Source: the human T2T-CHM13v2.0 reference genome, Homo sapiens
Reading direction: 5' to 3' (one strand)
NCBI RefSeq assembly: GCF_009914755.1
Contig: NC_060934.1
Length of the DNA stretch: 64,000 bases
The notes below the pieces were generated by a model. That model saw only the letters and a list, made by a program, of their open reading frames with translations. It did no database searches and had not been told where the DNA came from. Positions within the stretch are counted from its first letter, which is position 1; every line of letters begins with the position of its first letter. The position numbers and the translations under genes are program-made. Positions 42,853 through 59,388 of this stretch are shown piece after piece.

Positions 42853-43165
42853 GAGGATCGTTCCAAGATGGCCGAATAGGAACAGCTCCGGTCTACAGCT
42901 CCCAGCAAGATCAAAGCAGAAAACGGGTGATTTCTGCATTTCCAACTGAGGCACCTGGTTCATCTCATTGGGACTGGTTGGACAGTGGGTGCAGCCCAAG
43001 GAGGGCGAGCTGAAGCAGGGCGGGGCATCACCTCACCCGGGAAGCACAAGGGGTCAGGGGATTTCCCTTTCCTTTTCCTAGCCAAGCCTTGACAAGACGG
43101 TTCCTGGAAAATCGGGACACTCCCACCCTAATACTGCACGCTTTTCCAACGGTCTTAGCAAACGG
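42853..43165 (+). mobile_element. Isolated L1PA6/7-like 5'UTR (first ~310 nt only)
   Basis: ttCCAAGATGGCCGAATAGGAACAGCTCCGGTCTACAGCTCCCAGC...ccaactgagg...gggactggttggacagtggg...ggtcttagcaaacgg, then homology ends abruptly. Confidence 0.9.
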
Positions 43166-43940
43166 TATAAGGAAGTCCAAAGTAGTTCTTATTTTTACTG
43201 TTACAGAAAATAGTATAATTTATTGAATTTTTTATGACAGGCAATGTTTTTTTCCCTAAGTTTTAGAAAACTTAAAACTTAATACTTAATACTTTAATAC
43301 TTTTATGAAACATAAATTTTTGAAAAAAAATAAATGAGGATTTTGTTGTGCTTCTAACTAGCTGGTGCTTCAGCATTTTTAAAATATGCCTACTGGACAA
43401 ATCTAGGGCTGCTGCCACCACCATCGTCTCCCAAATCTCTGGTAAAAATAACCAAAAAATAGTTAATACAACCTACCAACCATGTATGACCTACCACCTC
43501 CTTTGAGTGATTTAACCAAGAGCTACGCACTCAGAAGTCTTCAGAGTCCAGGCCGGAAAATGTAAATGTGTGAAGCTTTGGGGCTACAGCATCGATAGGA
43601 GCTGTTACTGAGTGTTTCTGCCCCCATGAAAAGGCATTGCGAATTCTAATTTTATTTAAATATCATACTGGGCTATCACACAACCTGTAGGTTAAATCTG
43701 CCCATAGACCACTATTTTTTAACTCCTGGATTAAACCCATACAGATTTTCTTCACCATAAAGAACTCTATTAATAACGTCACTGAACAGGTCAATTGTGT
43801 ATGTGTGTTTAATTCTTTTTAGTGCTATAGAGTCAATTTATGGCATCTACCCACAGATCTGTTAGGTCAAAGTCAGCTCTCCTACGCTCCATGGCAAGTC
43901 TCCCCATCTTTTACATTTCTTGACACATAGAGAAAATACT

Positions 43941-44063
43941 GGGTACTGTGCTCAGTAGCTGGGTGACAGGATCATTCATACCCCAAACCCCAGCATCATG
44001 CAGTATATCCAGGTAACAAACATGTACCCCCGAATCTAAATGAAATTTGAAAAAGAAAAGAAA
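43941..44063 (+). mobile_element. Very short L1PB3-like 3' end with TSD
   Basis: gggtactgtgctcagtagctgggtgacaggatcattcataccccaaac...catgtacccccgaatctaaa plus A tail; perfect TSD AGAAAATACT (43931-43940, 44064-44073). Confidence 0.85.
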
Positions 44064-44079
44064 AGAAAATACTACTTGA

Positions 44080-44270
44080 AATTGCACTCTGGGTGAGTAG
44101 AAAAGGCTGCTCAGTGCTGTAGGCAAATTGCCAACTCTGAGACTGAGAGGATCAATATCTCTGAAACTCATTCACGAGGGTTATTATGAGGATTAAATTA
44201 AAGAACCAACGTAAAGCATTTAGAATCGTACCAGGCACACAGAGAAGATCCACTAAACGTTTGCCACTTT
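44080..44270 (+). mobile_element. MIR
   Basis: gggttattatgaggattaaatt...gtaaagcatttagaatcgtaccaggcacac. Confidence 0.6.
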
Positions 44271-45109
44271 TCACTTACTTAAACTAACGGCATGTCAAAG
44301 GTAATTTCTTAAAGGACATTTTGCCCTACAGAGGGGAGCCCCTGCTGCTCACAAAAGGTAAGGTGAGATGACCTTTTTCCCAGCCAAAATATATGTCTGG
44401 ATCCTTGACCTTTTATTATAAAAGGTCAATTATACCTCTTGCATGACTAACAGATTACTTTTCTAACACAGCAATACCAAATACAGTATCTGCATTTTAA
44501 TTCCTAACCCTGGGCTTTCACCTGCTCTCCTCTTTCCCTCAAGAGCTGAGCTGAGGTTTTTTAAATTTTTAAGAATGAATAATTTAAGGCTGTGGTTCTG
44601 AAATGTTTTCTGCCAAAGCACATGCATGCATATACACGTGTACCTGTGCCAAAAACTGATTTCCACCAGGAAAAGAGTTCATTCCTATCTCTTAAACCCA
44701 GTAGGAGGGGTTGTCAAGAATAGATAGCCTTAGCTGGTAATGAATATGCCAAGTAGCCCTCTATTTCTCATCACTAGCTAAATTCAAGCCATCATCAAGT
44801 AGACTGAACAAAGCTATGTGAACCACATTATTTAAGATACAAATAGGTGTTATGGGACAGAATTAAAAGCCAATGTGTGTCAAGGGATTTTGTTGTTTGA
44901 GTGACCAACCATGTATCATCTTGCATAAAACATTCTTGTGAAGACAATATCAAATCACTGGGCAGTGTTCCTACATAAGCAATACTGGCATACGTTTTAC
45001 AGAGCACAGGAGCTCTGCCTCTGCTGACACCCAGCTGCTGTACATCTTGTTGTTAGACAAGACCAACGTAGCCCAAGGTGTTGGCCTTTCTGTCATGGGC
45101 TGCCTCAAA

Positions 45110-45705
45110 TGAGGGTCTTCAAACTGGGGCTACTAGGTGTAACCTACAAGGTTCAGGATGACAAATCTGAGCATAGGTATTTCTGTATATCTATTTCTAG
45201 GTTCTCAATTTCCATTTCTAGTTTTCCCTAAAACTGATCTATTAAGAATGTATGGAAGTGTCACACATTCTTCTCCTCTTCTCATAATTCCTGTCTGCCC
45301 AATTTACCAATAAAAGTGCAAACCTCTTTTCTACTCTGAATTTTTCTAGGGTGCGTGGCCTCAGGGTATAACAACCACTGGGACTCCAAATAAAGGGACA
45401 ATTCAAATTTTACTGCAGTCAACTTAATAAGGTAAAATCAGAAAGAAATCAGACTCTAACATCTGATTAGTCAATCCTTTTGAAAGTCAGATATTTCCAA
45501 TTCTTTGCTTTGAACAAAGCAGAAGGAGAGCAAAATTCAGGTGTTAGCTGATAGCTGATTGTTAAAAGTGATTTTTGATAACAGATTGTTTTTGTCATAT
45601 GATATGGAAGCAGGTCAAAGAATTGAATGACACTTACAAAAAACAAAAAAATTATTTTATTACCACTTATTAGGCATGTGATGTAGGCTTCTTAAGATTA
45701 TAATA
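45110..45705 (+). mobile_element. hAT-Charlie transposon fossil, left part
   Basis: Start resembles a Charlie TIR (agggtcttcaaactgggg). The end translates, allowing frameshifts, as TTY..CDVGF, like the hAT dimerisation motif TTYLCExGFS. Confidence 0.55.
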
Positions 45706-46023
45706 GGGGTGATTTCTGCATTTCCATCTGAGGTACCGGGTTCATCTCACTAGGGAGTGCCAGACAGTGGGCGCAGGTCAGTGGGTGCAGTGCACCATGC
45801 ACGAGCCGAAGCAGGGCGAGGCATTGCCTCACTCGGGAAGCGCAAGGGGTCAGGGAGTTCCCTTTCCTAGTCAAAGAAAGGGGTGACAGACAGCACCTGG
45901 AAAATCGGGTCACTCCCACCCCGAATACTGCACTTTTCTGATGGGCTTAAAAAACAGCTCACCAGGAGATTATATCCCGCACCTGGCTCGCAGGGTCCTA
46001 AGCCCACGGAGTCTCGCTGATTG

Positions 46024-46083
46024 CTAGCAGTCTGAGATCAAACTGCAAGGCAGCAGTGAGGCTGGGGGAGGGGCGCCCGCCAT
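46024..46083 (-). pseudogene. L1 ORF0, truncated to 19 aa (MAGAPPPASLLPCSLISDC*)
   Basis: ORF0 ATG at 46083; a 5-nt deletion (gctagcag versus consensus gctagcacagcag) brings TAG into frame. Confidence 0.8.
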
Positions 46084-46538
46084 TGCCCAGGCTTGCTTAG
46101 GTAAACAAAGCAGCCTGGAAGCTCGAACTGGGTGGAGCCCACCACAGCTCAAGGAGGCCTGCCTGCCTCTGTAGGCTCCACCTCTGGGGGCAGGGAACAG
46201 ACAAACAAAAAGACAGCAGTAACCTCTGCAGACTTAAATGTCCCTGTCTGACAGCTTTGAAGAGAGCAGTGGTTCTCCCAGTATGCAGCTGGAGATCTGA
46301 GAACGGGCAGACTGCCTCCTAAAGTGGGTCCCTGACCCCTGACCCCCAAGCAGCCTAACTGGGAGGCACCCCCCAGCAGGGGCAGATTGACCCCTCACAC
46401 AGCCAGGTACTCCAACAGACCTGCAGCTGAGGGTCCTGTCTGTTAGAAGGAAAACTAACAAACAGAAAGGACATCCACACCAAAAACCCATCTGTACATC
46501 ACCATCATCAAAGACCAAAAGTAGATAAAACCACAAAG

Positions 46539-47552
46539 ATGGGGAAAAACAGAGCAGAAAAACTGGAAACTCTAAAATGCAGAGCACCTCTCCTCCTCCA
46601 AAGGAATGCAGTTCCTCACCAGCAATGGAACAAAGCTGGACAGAGAATGACTTTGACGAGCTGAGAGAAGAAGGCTTCAGACGATCAAATTACTCTGAGC
46701 TACGGGAGGACATTCAAACCAAAGGCAAAGAAGTTGAAAACTTTGAAAAAAATTTAGAAGAATGTACAACTAGAATAACCAATACAGAGAAGTGCTTAAA
46801 GGAGCTGATGGAGCTGAAAACCAAGGCTCGAGAACTATGTGAAGAATGCAGAAGCCTCAGGAGCCGATGCGATCAACTGGAAGAAAGGGTATCAGTGATG
46901 GAAGATGAAATGAATGAAATGAAGCGAGAAGGGAAGTTTAGAGAAAAAACAATAAAAAGAAACGAGCGAAGCCTCCAAGAAATATGGGACTATGTGAAAA
47001 GACCAAATCTACATCTGATTGGTGTACCTGAAAGTGACGGGGAGAATGGAACCAAGTTGGAAAACACGGCAGGATATTATCCAGGAGAACTTCCCCAATC
47101 TAGCAAGGCAGGCCAACATTCAGATGCAGGAAATACAGATAACACCACAAAGATACTCCTCGAGAAGAGCAACTCCAAGACAAATAATTGTCAGATTCAC
47201 CAAAGTTGAAATGAAGGAAAAAATGTTAAGGGCAGCCAGAGAGAAAGGTCGGGTTACCCTCAAAGGGAAGCCCATCAGACTAACAGCGGATCTCTCAGCA
47301 GAAACTCTACAAGCCAGAAGAGAGTGGGGGCCAATATTCAACATTCTTAAAGAAAAGAATTTTCAACCCAGAATTTCATATCCAGCAAAACTAAGCTTCA
47401 TAAGTGAAGGAGAGATAAAATACTTTACAGACAAGCAAATGCTGAGAGATTTTGTCACCACCAGGCCTGCCCTAAAAGAGCTCCCGAAGGAAGCGCTAAA
47501 CATGGAAAGGAACAACCAGTACCAGCCACTGCAAAATCATGCCAAAATGTAA
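46539..47552 (+). pseudogene. L1 ORF1p, disrupted by two frameshifts
   Basis: ATGGGGAAAAAC has one A fewer than consensus (-1 at codon 4); -2 at about 47068 (ENT|AG). Track ORFs 46577-47209 and 47019-47552 carry the two halves. Confidence 0.92.
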
Positions 47553-47600
47553 AGACCATCGAGACTAGGAAGAAACTGCATCAACTAACGAGCAAAATAA

Positions 47601-51443
<3,843 letters not shown>

Positions 51444-51703
51444 ACAATGAGATCACATGGACACAGGAAGGGGAACATCACACTCTGGGGACTGTTGTGG
51501 GGTGGGGGGAGGGGGGAGGGATAGCATTAGGAGATATACCTAATGCTAGATGACGAGCTAGTGGGTGCAGTGCACCAGCATGGCACATGTATACATATGT
51601 AACTAACGTGCACATTGTGCACATGTACCCTAAAACTTAAAGTATAATAATAATAATAATAATAATAATAAAGAAAAATAAATAAATAAATAAAACAGAC
51701 TTT

Positions 51704-52045
51704 GGAGTGAATTAAAGACATTCACAGTGACCTGGATGAGATTGGAGACTATAATTCTAAGTGAAGTAACTCAGGAATGGAAAACTAAACATGGTATGTT
51801 CTCACTGGTATGTGGGAGGTAAGCAATGAGGACGCAAAGACATAAGAATGATACAAGGGAATTTAGGAACTTGAGGGGAAGGGTGGGAGGGGACGAGGGG
51901 TAGAAGACTACAAAAAGGGTGCAGTGTGTACTGCTCGGGTGATGGGTGCACCAAAATCTCACAAATCACCACTAAAGAACTTATTCATGTAACCAAACAC
52001 CATCTGTACCCCAGTAACCCATGGAAAAATAAATAGATTAAAAAA
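51704..52045 (+). mobile_element. L1PB1/2-like 3' end, probably 3'-transduced with the L1PA3
   Basis: gtgaagtaactcaggaatggaaaac...ctgctcgggtgatgggtgcaccaaaatctcacaaatcaccactaaagaactt; AATAAA at 52028, short A tail, then the TSD. Confidence 0.88.
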
Positions 52046-52740
52046 AAGATTATAATAATAAAAACAAACAGGAAAAGAACTGCTGAACCCTGTTTTATTC
52101 AAGTAATAACTAATATTCAAAGAAGACATGTAAAAAGTCTCACCCATCTCTTTAAGAAATGCATTTCCAATAAAATTTTACTTTTTAAAAACATACAATG
52201 ATCAAATCTTTTAATACAATTGTGCTACTTATATAGAATTTATGCTGTTAATTGTAATAGAAACTGAAACCAATAAAAAAATTCTTAGCACTTAAAGCCT
52301 ATGTTCATAGAAAATTTTTAAACAATTATTTTAAATCAATACACGTTATTACCAAGAAGCATAATATAATGATCAATTTTTTAAAATTAGTATAAAAATA
52401 TATTTAATTAAGATGTAATTCCATACAGGAAGAGGAAGGAAATATACATTTAAGGAGAGAAGAAAATGTAAAAGTTGGCTCTCAAAGATCTTAGTTCATA
52501 TATTGTTTAATGATGACCAGAGGTCTTAAATTGTTACTTTATTTTAATCTCATTGGAAAAATTTTAAATAATGATGTAATGGTATCATTTTAAAATAACA
52601 TATTTAACATAAACAGGAAATCACATCATCAACAACTGTTTAAATTCGTGATACAAATGTTAGATGTCGACTACAAAATGTACAAAGAGGCAAATAGTTT
52701 TTCAAAATTCTTTTAGGGGATGTAAAGATCCCACTGGCTT
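52046..52740 (+). mobile_element. hAT-Charlie transposon fossil, right part
   Basis: 52058 onward translates IKTNRKRTAEPCFIQVITNIQ, continuing the hAT dimerisation motif from 45662-45692. Right boundary uncertain. Confidence 0.5.
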
Positions 52741-54422
52741 AGATGCTCATATAAATGTTGTTATCAACTGTAGACACCTCCAGCATACATTTCTATACCA
52801 TCACCTCTCTTTCCCATACCCACTCCTCTCCCAGTCAGCTTCTGGGGACTTTTTGATTGTTTTTGGTTTTGCTTTTAGTGGGCTAGGGTAGAGAGCATTT
52901 TGCTTCCTAAAGATACATGCATTAAAAATAAGTTGAAATAAACTACAAAAGATAAACTAGATATCAATGACCTAAATAATTCCAATACAGATAAACACAA
53001 TTTATAAAGCAATAATTCTCAATTTTCCTGCTTATTACAGTAAGTTTTATGAGATGTCTTAAGAATTAAAGTGTTCACATAATTTAAAATGCCTAAATCT
53101 TAAATAAGTAATATAAAACACACTTTAAGGATAGGAACGTATACAAACTGGAAATTTTTTTAAGTTTTTATTAATTTGTAGCAACCCCTGAAAAAATTTC
53201 CCCCCTGGAATTAGACGTCAATTCTGAAGTTGATTTGGAAAAATAAACATATAATAAGCCAGGGAAACCCTGCAAAAGAAGATGGGGCAGAGGTGGCCAG
53301 CTGTGCAAGATACTAAAACATATTATCAAGTCTCTAATATTAAAACAGTCTGGTATTGAAACAATAATAGGCAGACCAAGCAAGCAAAATACAAAATCCA
53401 GAATTACTTCTAATTGCAAATGCAAATTTAATATTTGATAAAGATAGGCTTTCACTTCAGGGAGGTAACATTTTAGCAATTGAATAGAAAGAATATGAAT
53501 TAGACCCATTCTTCTTATCATATACTAAGATAAATTCAAAATGAATCAGAGATTTAAATGTAAATATGGAAGCCATCTAAACACTAGAAGATAACCTGAG
53601 TGAGTTCTTCTATAATCAAGGAATGGAGAAAACTTTTCTAATTAAGATCCAGAACCTAAAAACAATAAGATAAAGATAAATTTTAATAGTAAAAATAAAA
53701 ATGTATATGGCAAGCAGAATAATAAGCAAAGTAAAATAAATGACAAGCTGGTAAAAATATGATTTACATCACAAATGAAGGGATTATTTGTTATACATAA
53801 ATAATTTATAGAACAATAGAGAAAAAAGATATTGTTTAAAATGGTCTAAAGAAACAGTTGAGTGAGAAAAATTGCTCTTACTTATATGAAAAAAAGGTTT
53901 AACATTTCTCATAAGAGAAATGAAAAGGAAAACTGCCAATATATGATTATTTTACTCATTAAATTGGTAAAAATGATGTCTGATGACATATTCTGGGCAA
54001 GGCTGTGAGAAAAAAAAACATTTTCATATGTGGTCGAGAATATAAAACAGTACAGTCTCAATGAAAGGGAATTTGGCAATATTTGAAGGAGTGAAATACT
54101 CATTTGCCCTTTGGCTCAACAATCTTGCTTTAGACATTGATCTCAAAGATACACTAGAAAAAAAAACATGAAAAGATACACAGTGGGGAAAAAAGAAAAA
54201 AAATGAAAAGACGAGGCAATTCACAGCAGGACTATTTATAATAGCACAAAACTGGGAATAATCGAAATACTCATGAAGAAATGACAAGCTAAATAAAATT
54301 ATGGTACATTCAACACAATAGCATTTATTGCTGCTGTGACTTAATCTCCAGGCTATATTAAGTAAAAACAGCAAGATGGGGTAAGTATGTATAGCATGCT
54401 ACATTTATCTAAACAAAGGAGA

Positions 54423-54538
54423 AAGTGGCAGACAGCCCCTTCTCCGCTGTGCTGCCCATTGCACCCTTCCAACATATCTTTGTACTTTCTCTAATTAATC
54501 TGCCCTCCTTTATCTACAAAACAACAAAAAATAAAAAA
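54423..54538 (+). mobile_element. Short ERV1 LTR piece (MER83/84-like) ending in an A-rich tail
   Basis: tctccgctgtgctgcccattgcaccc...tgtactttctctaattaatctgcc...tatctac followed by aaaacaacaaaaaataaaaaa. Confidence 0.5.
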
Positions 54539-54712
54539 GGGGATGCAAGTATATATATAAATGTGTATCAAAAGTAGCCTATTACGTTTAAAACTATGAA
54601 AAAATTAAACCATAAGCTCTAAAAATGGTTAATTAAAGGGGAAGGAAATAGGATAGAAGGAAGAGATACAATTTACATAATTATAAATAAAACTTTACAG
54701 CAGAAATTCCTA

Positions 54713-55030
<318 letters not shown>

Positions 55031-56577
55031 TGTGGCCAATTGGAGGCCTATCCATACAAAGAGGGACTATGCCAAATGACCTTACAACAAATAATTTGTA
55101 CTCTATATCCTAAGTGAGATATATGCAAAAGCAAAAAGAACTGGATACAAAACATTGTACAGTAATCATATTGTTGGTGGTAGTGCTGGTATTGTTATTT
55201 TGAGACTGTTGGGTATATACTGTGGGATAAATCCAATGAGTAATTATTTGATATTCTGGTGTTACTATTCTTTGGGTCCTTGAGAAATGTGATTATTGGT
55301 GTGTAAAAAAAAATACAGATGTAAGATAGAAGACTAGTGATCTAACTCATTATTTTGAAAACTTTCTATATGAACTGTACCAAAAGATAAGCAAATAGTG
55401 GATATAAGAGATCTTCTCTTATAGAAGCATTTCGGCTAATAAAGAAAACGAACTATGGGTTTAGAAAAGAAGAATGAATTCTATAATCAGAATATCATCA
55501 TTTTGTAGTTCCAAAACTTTTGTGGATCTGTGAATTTTTCAACAGTGGCTAAGATCACAAAAAGAGACAACCAGGCAAGTCATTATTTTGCCTTCACATG
55601 GAAGAATATACCACAATCTAAAAAGAAGTCTTACAAAAAAGTATCCAAGCTTGAATCTGATAGAGCTTCTAAATCCAACTACAGTTTACAGGAAACACAG
55701 GGAATAAAAGAACTTATTCAATGATACCACAGGGATGCAATCAACAAAGGACTTAGTTTCCTTGACAAATAAATTGCCTGAAATACAAAATCCAGAAAAG
55801 CAGAAACCCACAGATTAAAGACTCAGGAGATATATCAACTAATCAAAATGTATGGACCTTCTTAGGATCCTAATTCAAGCAAACAATTAAAAAATATTAT
55901 GATATTTATAAGACATTTGGAAGCTTGAACTTAGTGGATATTTGATAATTTCCAAATGGATTGGAAAAATATTGAAGAAATTATTATTGAAAGTTTAGGT
56001 ATGACTGAAGATTTAGGTATTGTAAGGTTAGGTTTTTGGGGTTTTTAAAATTTTTATCTCTCAGAGATACAAGTGAAATATGTGGGGCTGAAATGTTAAG
56101 AAGTCTTTCATTTGCTTCAAAATAATACAGGAGAGAGGAAAGTAAGGTATAATGAAACCAGACTAGTCATGTGTCTATAATTGTTATGGTTAGTGACAGG
56201 TAGATGGGAGTTCATTCTACTACTCTGCCGGATTTTGTATGTTTTAAATTGTCCACAATGAACAGTCAACCACAGCGTTTGGTTTCTATCTTCAAACACC
56301 AAATTTATTTTGATGACTATTTCCTGGATATAAGCTCTTCTTTAAAACAATGATGCTACAGAATCTAAAAAGAAATAAAAAGTATACATTTTTATTATGA
56401 AGTATTTCAAAAATACCGAAAAGCATAATAGAACCAACAGCTATGTATCTACCACCTAGTATAAAATATGTAAGAAATACAATGTTACCTCAATTGTATT
56501 TCACCCTCTGTGCACTTCTTCCTGCCCTCCCCAAAGGTAACCACTGTTTTGAATTTAGTGATGAGTAGTTCCATATG

Positions 56578-56860
56578 TGTAGTAGCTAGTCTTCAAAGAC
56601 AGTGTTCCAATGAACACCTCCAGGTGTTCGTGCCCTTGTGCAGAACCGTCTCCTTGAATTGGGGTTGACCTTAACACCGGCTTTTGATCTGATAGGATGT
56701 GGTGGAACTGATACTGTGTGACTTCTTGGGCCAGGTCATAAGAAGCCCCGCAACTTCCACCTGGGTTGCTTGGAATACTTGCTCTTAGGCCATTGCTTTT
56801 GGAACCAGCTGCCACACTGTGAGAAGCCCACATCACATGGAGAGGCTATGTTCTCAGCCC
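56578..56860 (+). mobile_element. MLT1H-like LTR fragment
   Basis: gtgtgacttcttgggccaggtcataagaagcc...ttggaatacttgctctt...tgtgagaagccca. Confidence 0.6.
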
Positions 56861-58465
56861 TTATATCTTGCCTCTTATATCTTATTGCCTCTACAAAAGT
56901 TAATTCTACATTGCCAGATAAGCATAAGCTTAATAATACAGGCATGGTATCAAAATCAAACATAGGCTGTTAAGCCTCCAAGATGTTTTAAAGTCACTAT
57001 CATAGGTAATGTCAAGTACAGTGTTTTTTAATCATTTCACATCCATATCAGTTTTATTTCTCTTTTTAGACTATCTCAATTTAATACCAGCTGAAATAAA
57101 CAACAGACCTATAATACATTTTAATCAATCCAGATTGAATATTTAGCTTGCATAAATAGCAGCAATCAACATATGCCTAAATTCTGAACGAAGTTTAGTG
57201 TAATTACACAAAAAAACAAGTATCTGAGAAATAGAGCTTTTAGAGTAAAAGGCCTTTATATGAAAACTCAGAGAAAAAAAAATAACCCCAGGAAAAGCAA
57301 TAGATAATGGGGGTGACGTTAGAAAAACCTAAAGAATTTTAATAACGTTGTCCTCCTGACCTTTCCCAACAAAGAAACACTACAAAGAGGAAGTACAAAG
57401 GTCATTCTAGGAAATGAGTGTGAATGAAAGGAGAATCCAGATGCATCAGACTGTTAATGTTCTACTCAGATTTCAAATTCATTTTAATTCAGCAGGGGGT
57501 TAGCCAGTAATTTTCCTTTAACAATACTATGCTATCATGGTGGGACAATTACAACATGTTTTATTAATAGATCTCCTAGCACTCCAAGTTAGGTGCAAAC
57601 AACTGAAAAATAATCGTGTTTTAAAGTTAGAACTAGATCATAGGTGGTATCTATCATTCTCTATATGAATCAATAGAATCTTCAGAGTTGGTAAAATGAA
57701 ATATTTTTAAAGCTTTTAATCTTTATTAGGAAAATGAAAGCCAACTAACCCATTCAGGGACAAAACATAGCTTTCCTAGAAAAGCTAAAAATAAATGAAT
57801 TACTTAATTTTCAAAATATGCTATGAATATCATTATTTGACAGATATTATCTCTAATGCTTGATTATTCAATATTAAAGGCTGAGATTTCTCAGAATTTA
57901 ATCAAGTTAGATTTTTATAAGACTGTAAGTCTGTTGTCTTTTGAGTTAAGTGAGAATTCTTTCCCTAACATACCTTAGTTTCTTTTTAAACTTCAGTACC
58001 TGTTTTGATTTATGTCCATAGAAGGGAAGACAAGTTACTTCTATAACCATTGACTTAAATAAATAAAGGTGATGATGATAATAATAACACTTCACCTAAC
58101 ATTCACAGAGTAACAGACACTATATGATTTTTAAAATAATATTCACATTTAATTCACATGAGTATCCAATGAAGTAGGTATAATGTTATTATTCCTGATT
58201 TAAGATATAGGAAATTCAGCATATAGGAAAACAGAGGCTCTAAGTTATGATGAAACTAACTCAGGCACTGGTTCCAAAGTCTATGTCCTTAATTAACCAT
58301 GACACTCAAATGTCTCTAGAATTTATGACACGTTTCCTTACTTAAAACTTAGATAATGGCATAGAGTAGCTGTGTTTCTTCCCCCACAAAATATGAATGT
58401 ACAAAACCCACTAAAACCCCCCTTCAAGCAAGCAGCATCTATCTGTACAAGCCCATCTATTATAA

Positions 58466-58876
<411 letters not shown>

Positions 58877-58907
58877 TACTAAAGGTTCTTATTTTCTGAT
58901 TCTCTCT

Positions 58908-59388
58908 TGACAGAGCAGAAGCATGGCCATCTTGCACAAGCACCACCATTGTAAAGTTCCCCTTGATCAAAAACCACCTAAATGCAAAGGGCATCAGCCT
59001 AATGGCTAAGGTCAGCATGACCATAAACCACAAATGATATCTCTGACCAGAAACATTCCAACCATAAGATAAACCCCTCCCTCACCAGAGACATGCCAGC
59101 CCCAAGGTAACCTCCCTCCCAGCCGGAGAGATGTCAGCCCCAAGATAACCTCCCCTCTGACCAGAGATATTACAACCCCACCATAAACTTCACCCCAACA
59201 CAGAAACATCCCAAGCCTGTGATAAGCTCTCTCACCAATAAATACTCTTAGTCTGTAAGAGAGAATGCTCCTAACCAAAAAAAAAAATCAGGCAGAAGCC
59301 CCTCTCAGGTGTATACTTCCAAAATAAACCTGTCTTTGACTGTTGAGTCGCTTTTTTGTGTTTCTTTCCTCTTTCTTTAACTCTTACA
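58908..59388 (+). mobile_element. MER66B-like ERV1 solo LTR
   Basis: TGACAGAGCAG...gggcatcagcctaatggctaaggtcagcatgacc...ctttctttaactcttACA; TSD TCTCT; internal ~37-bp tandem units. Confidence 0.85.

Noticed and set aside
45698-45919. Minus-strand 73-aa ORF as L1 ORF0
   Set aside because: It has a non-ATG start and overlaps only the ORF0 tail; true ORF0 starts at 46083 and is truncated.
59040-59215. Regularly spaced ~37-bp repeats resembling an array
   Set aside because: Intrinsic tandem units of the MER66 LTR; no unique spacers, and the context is eukaryotic.
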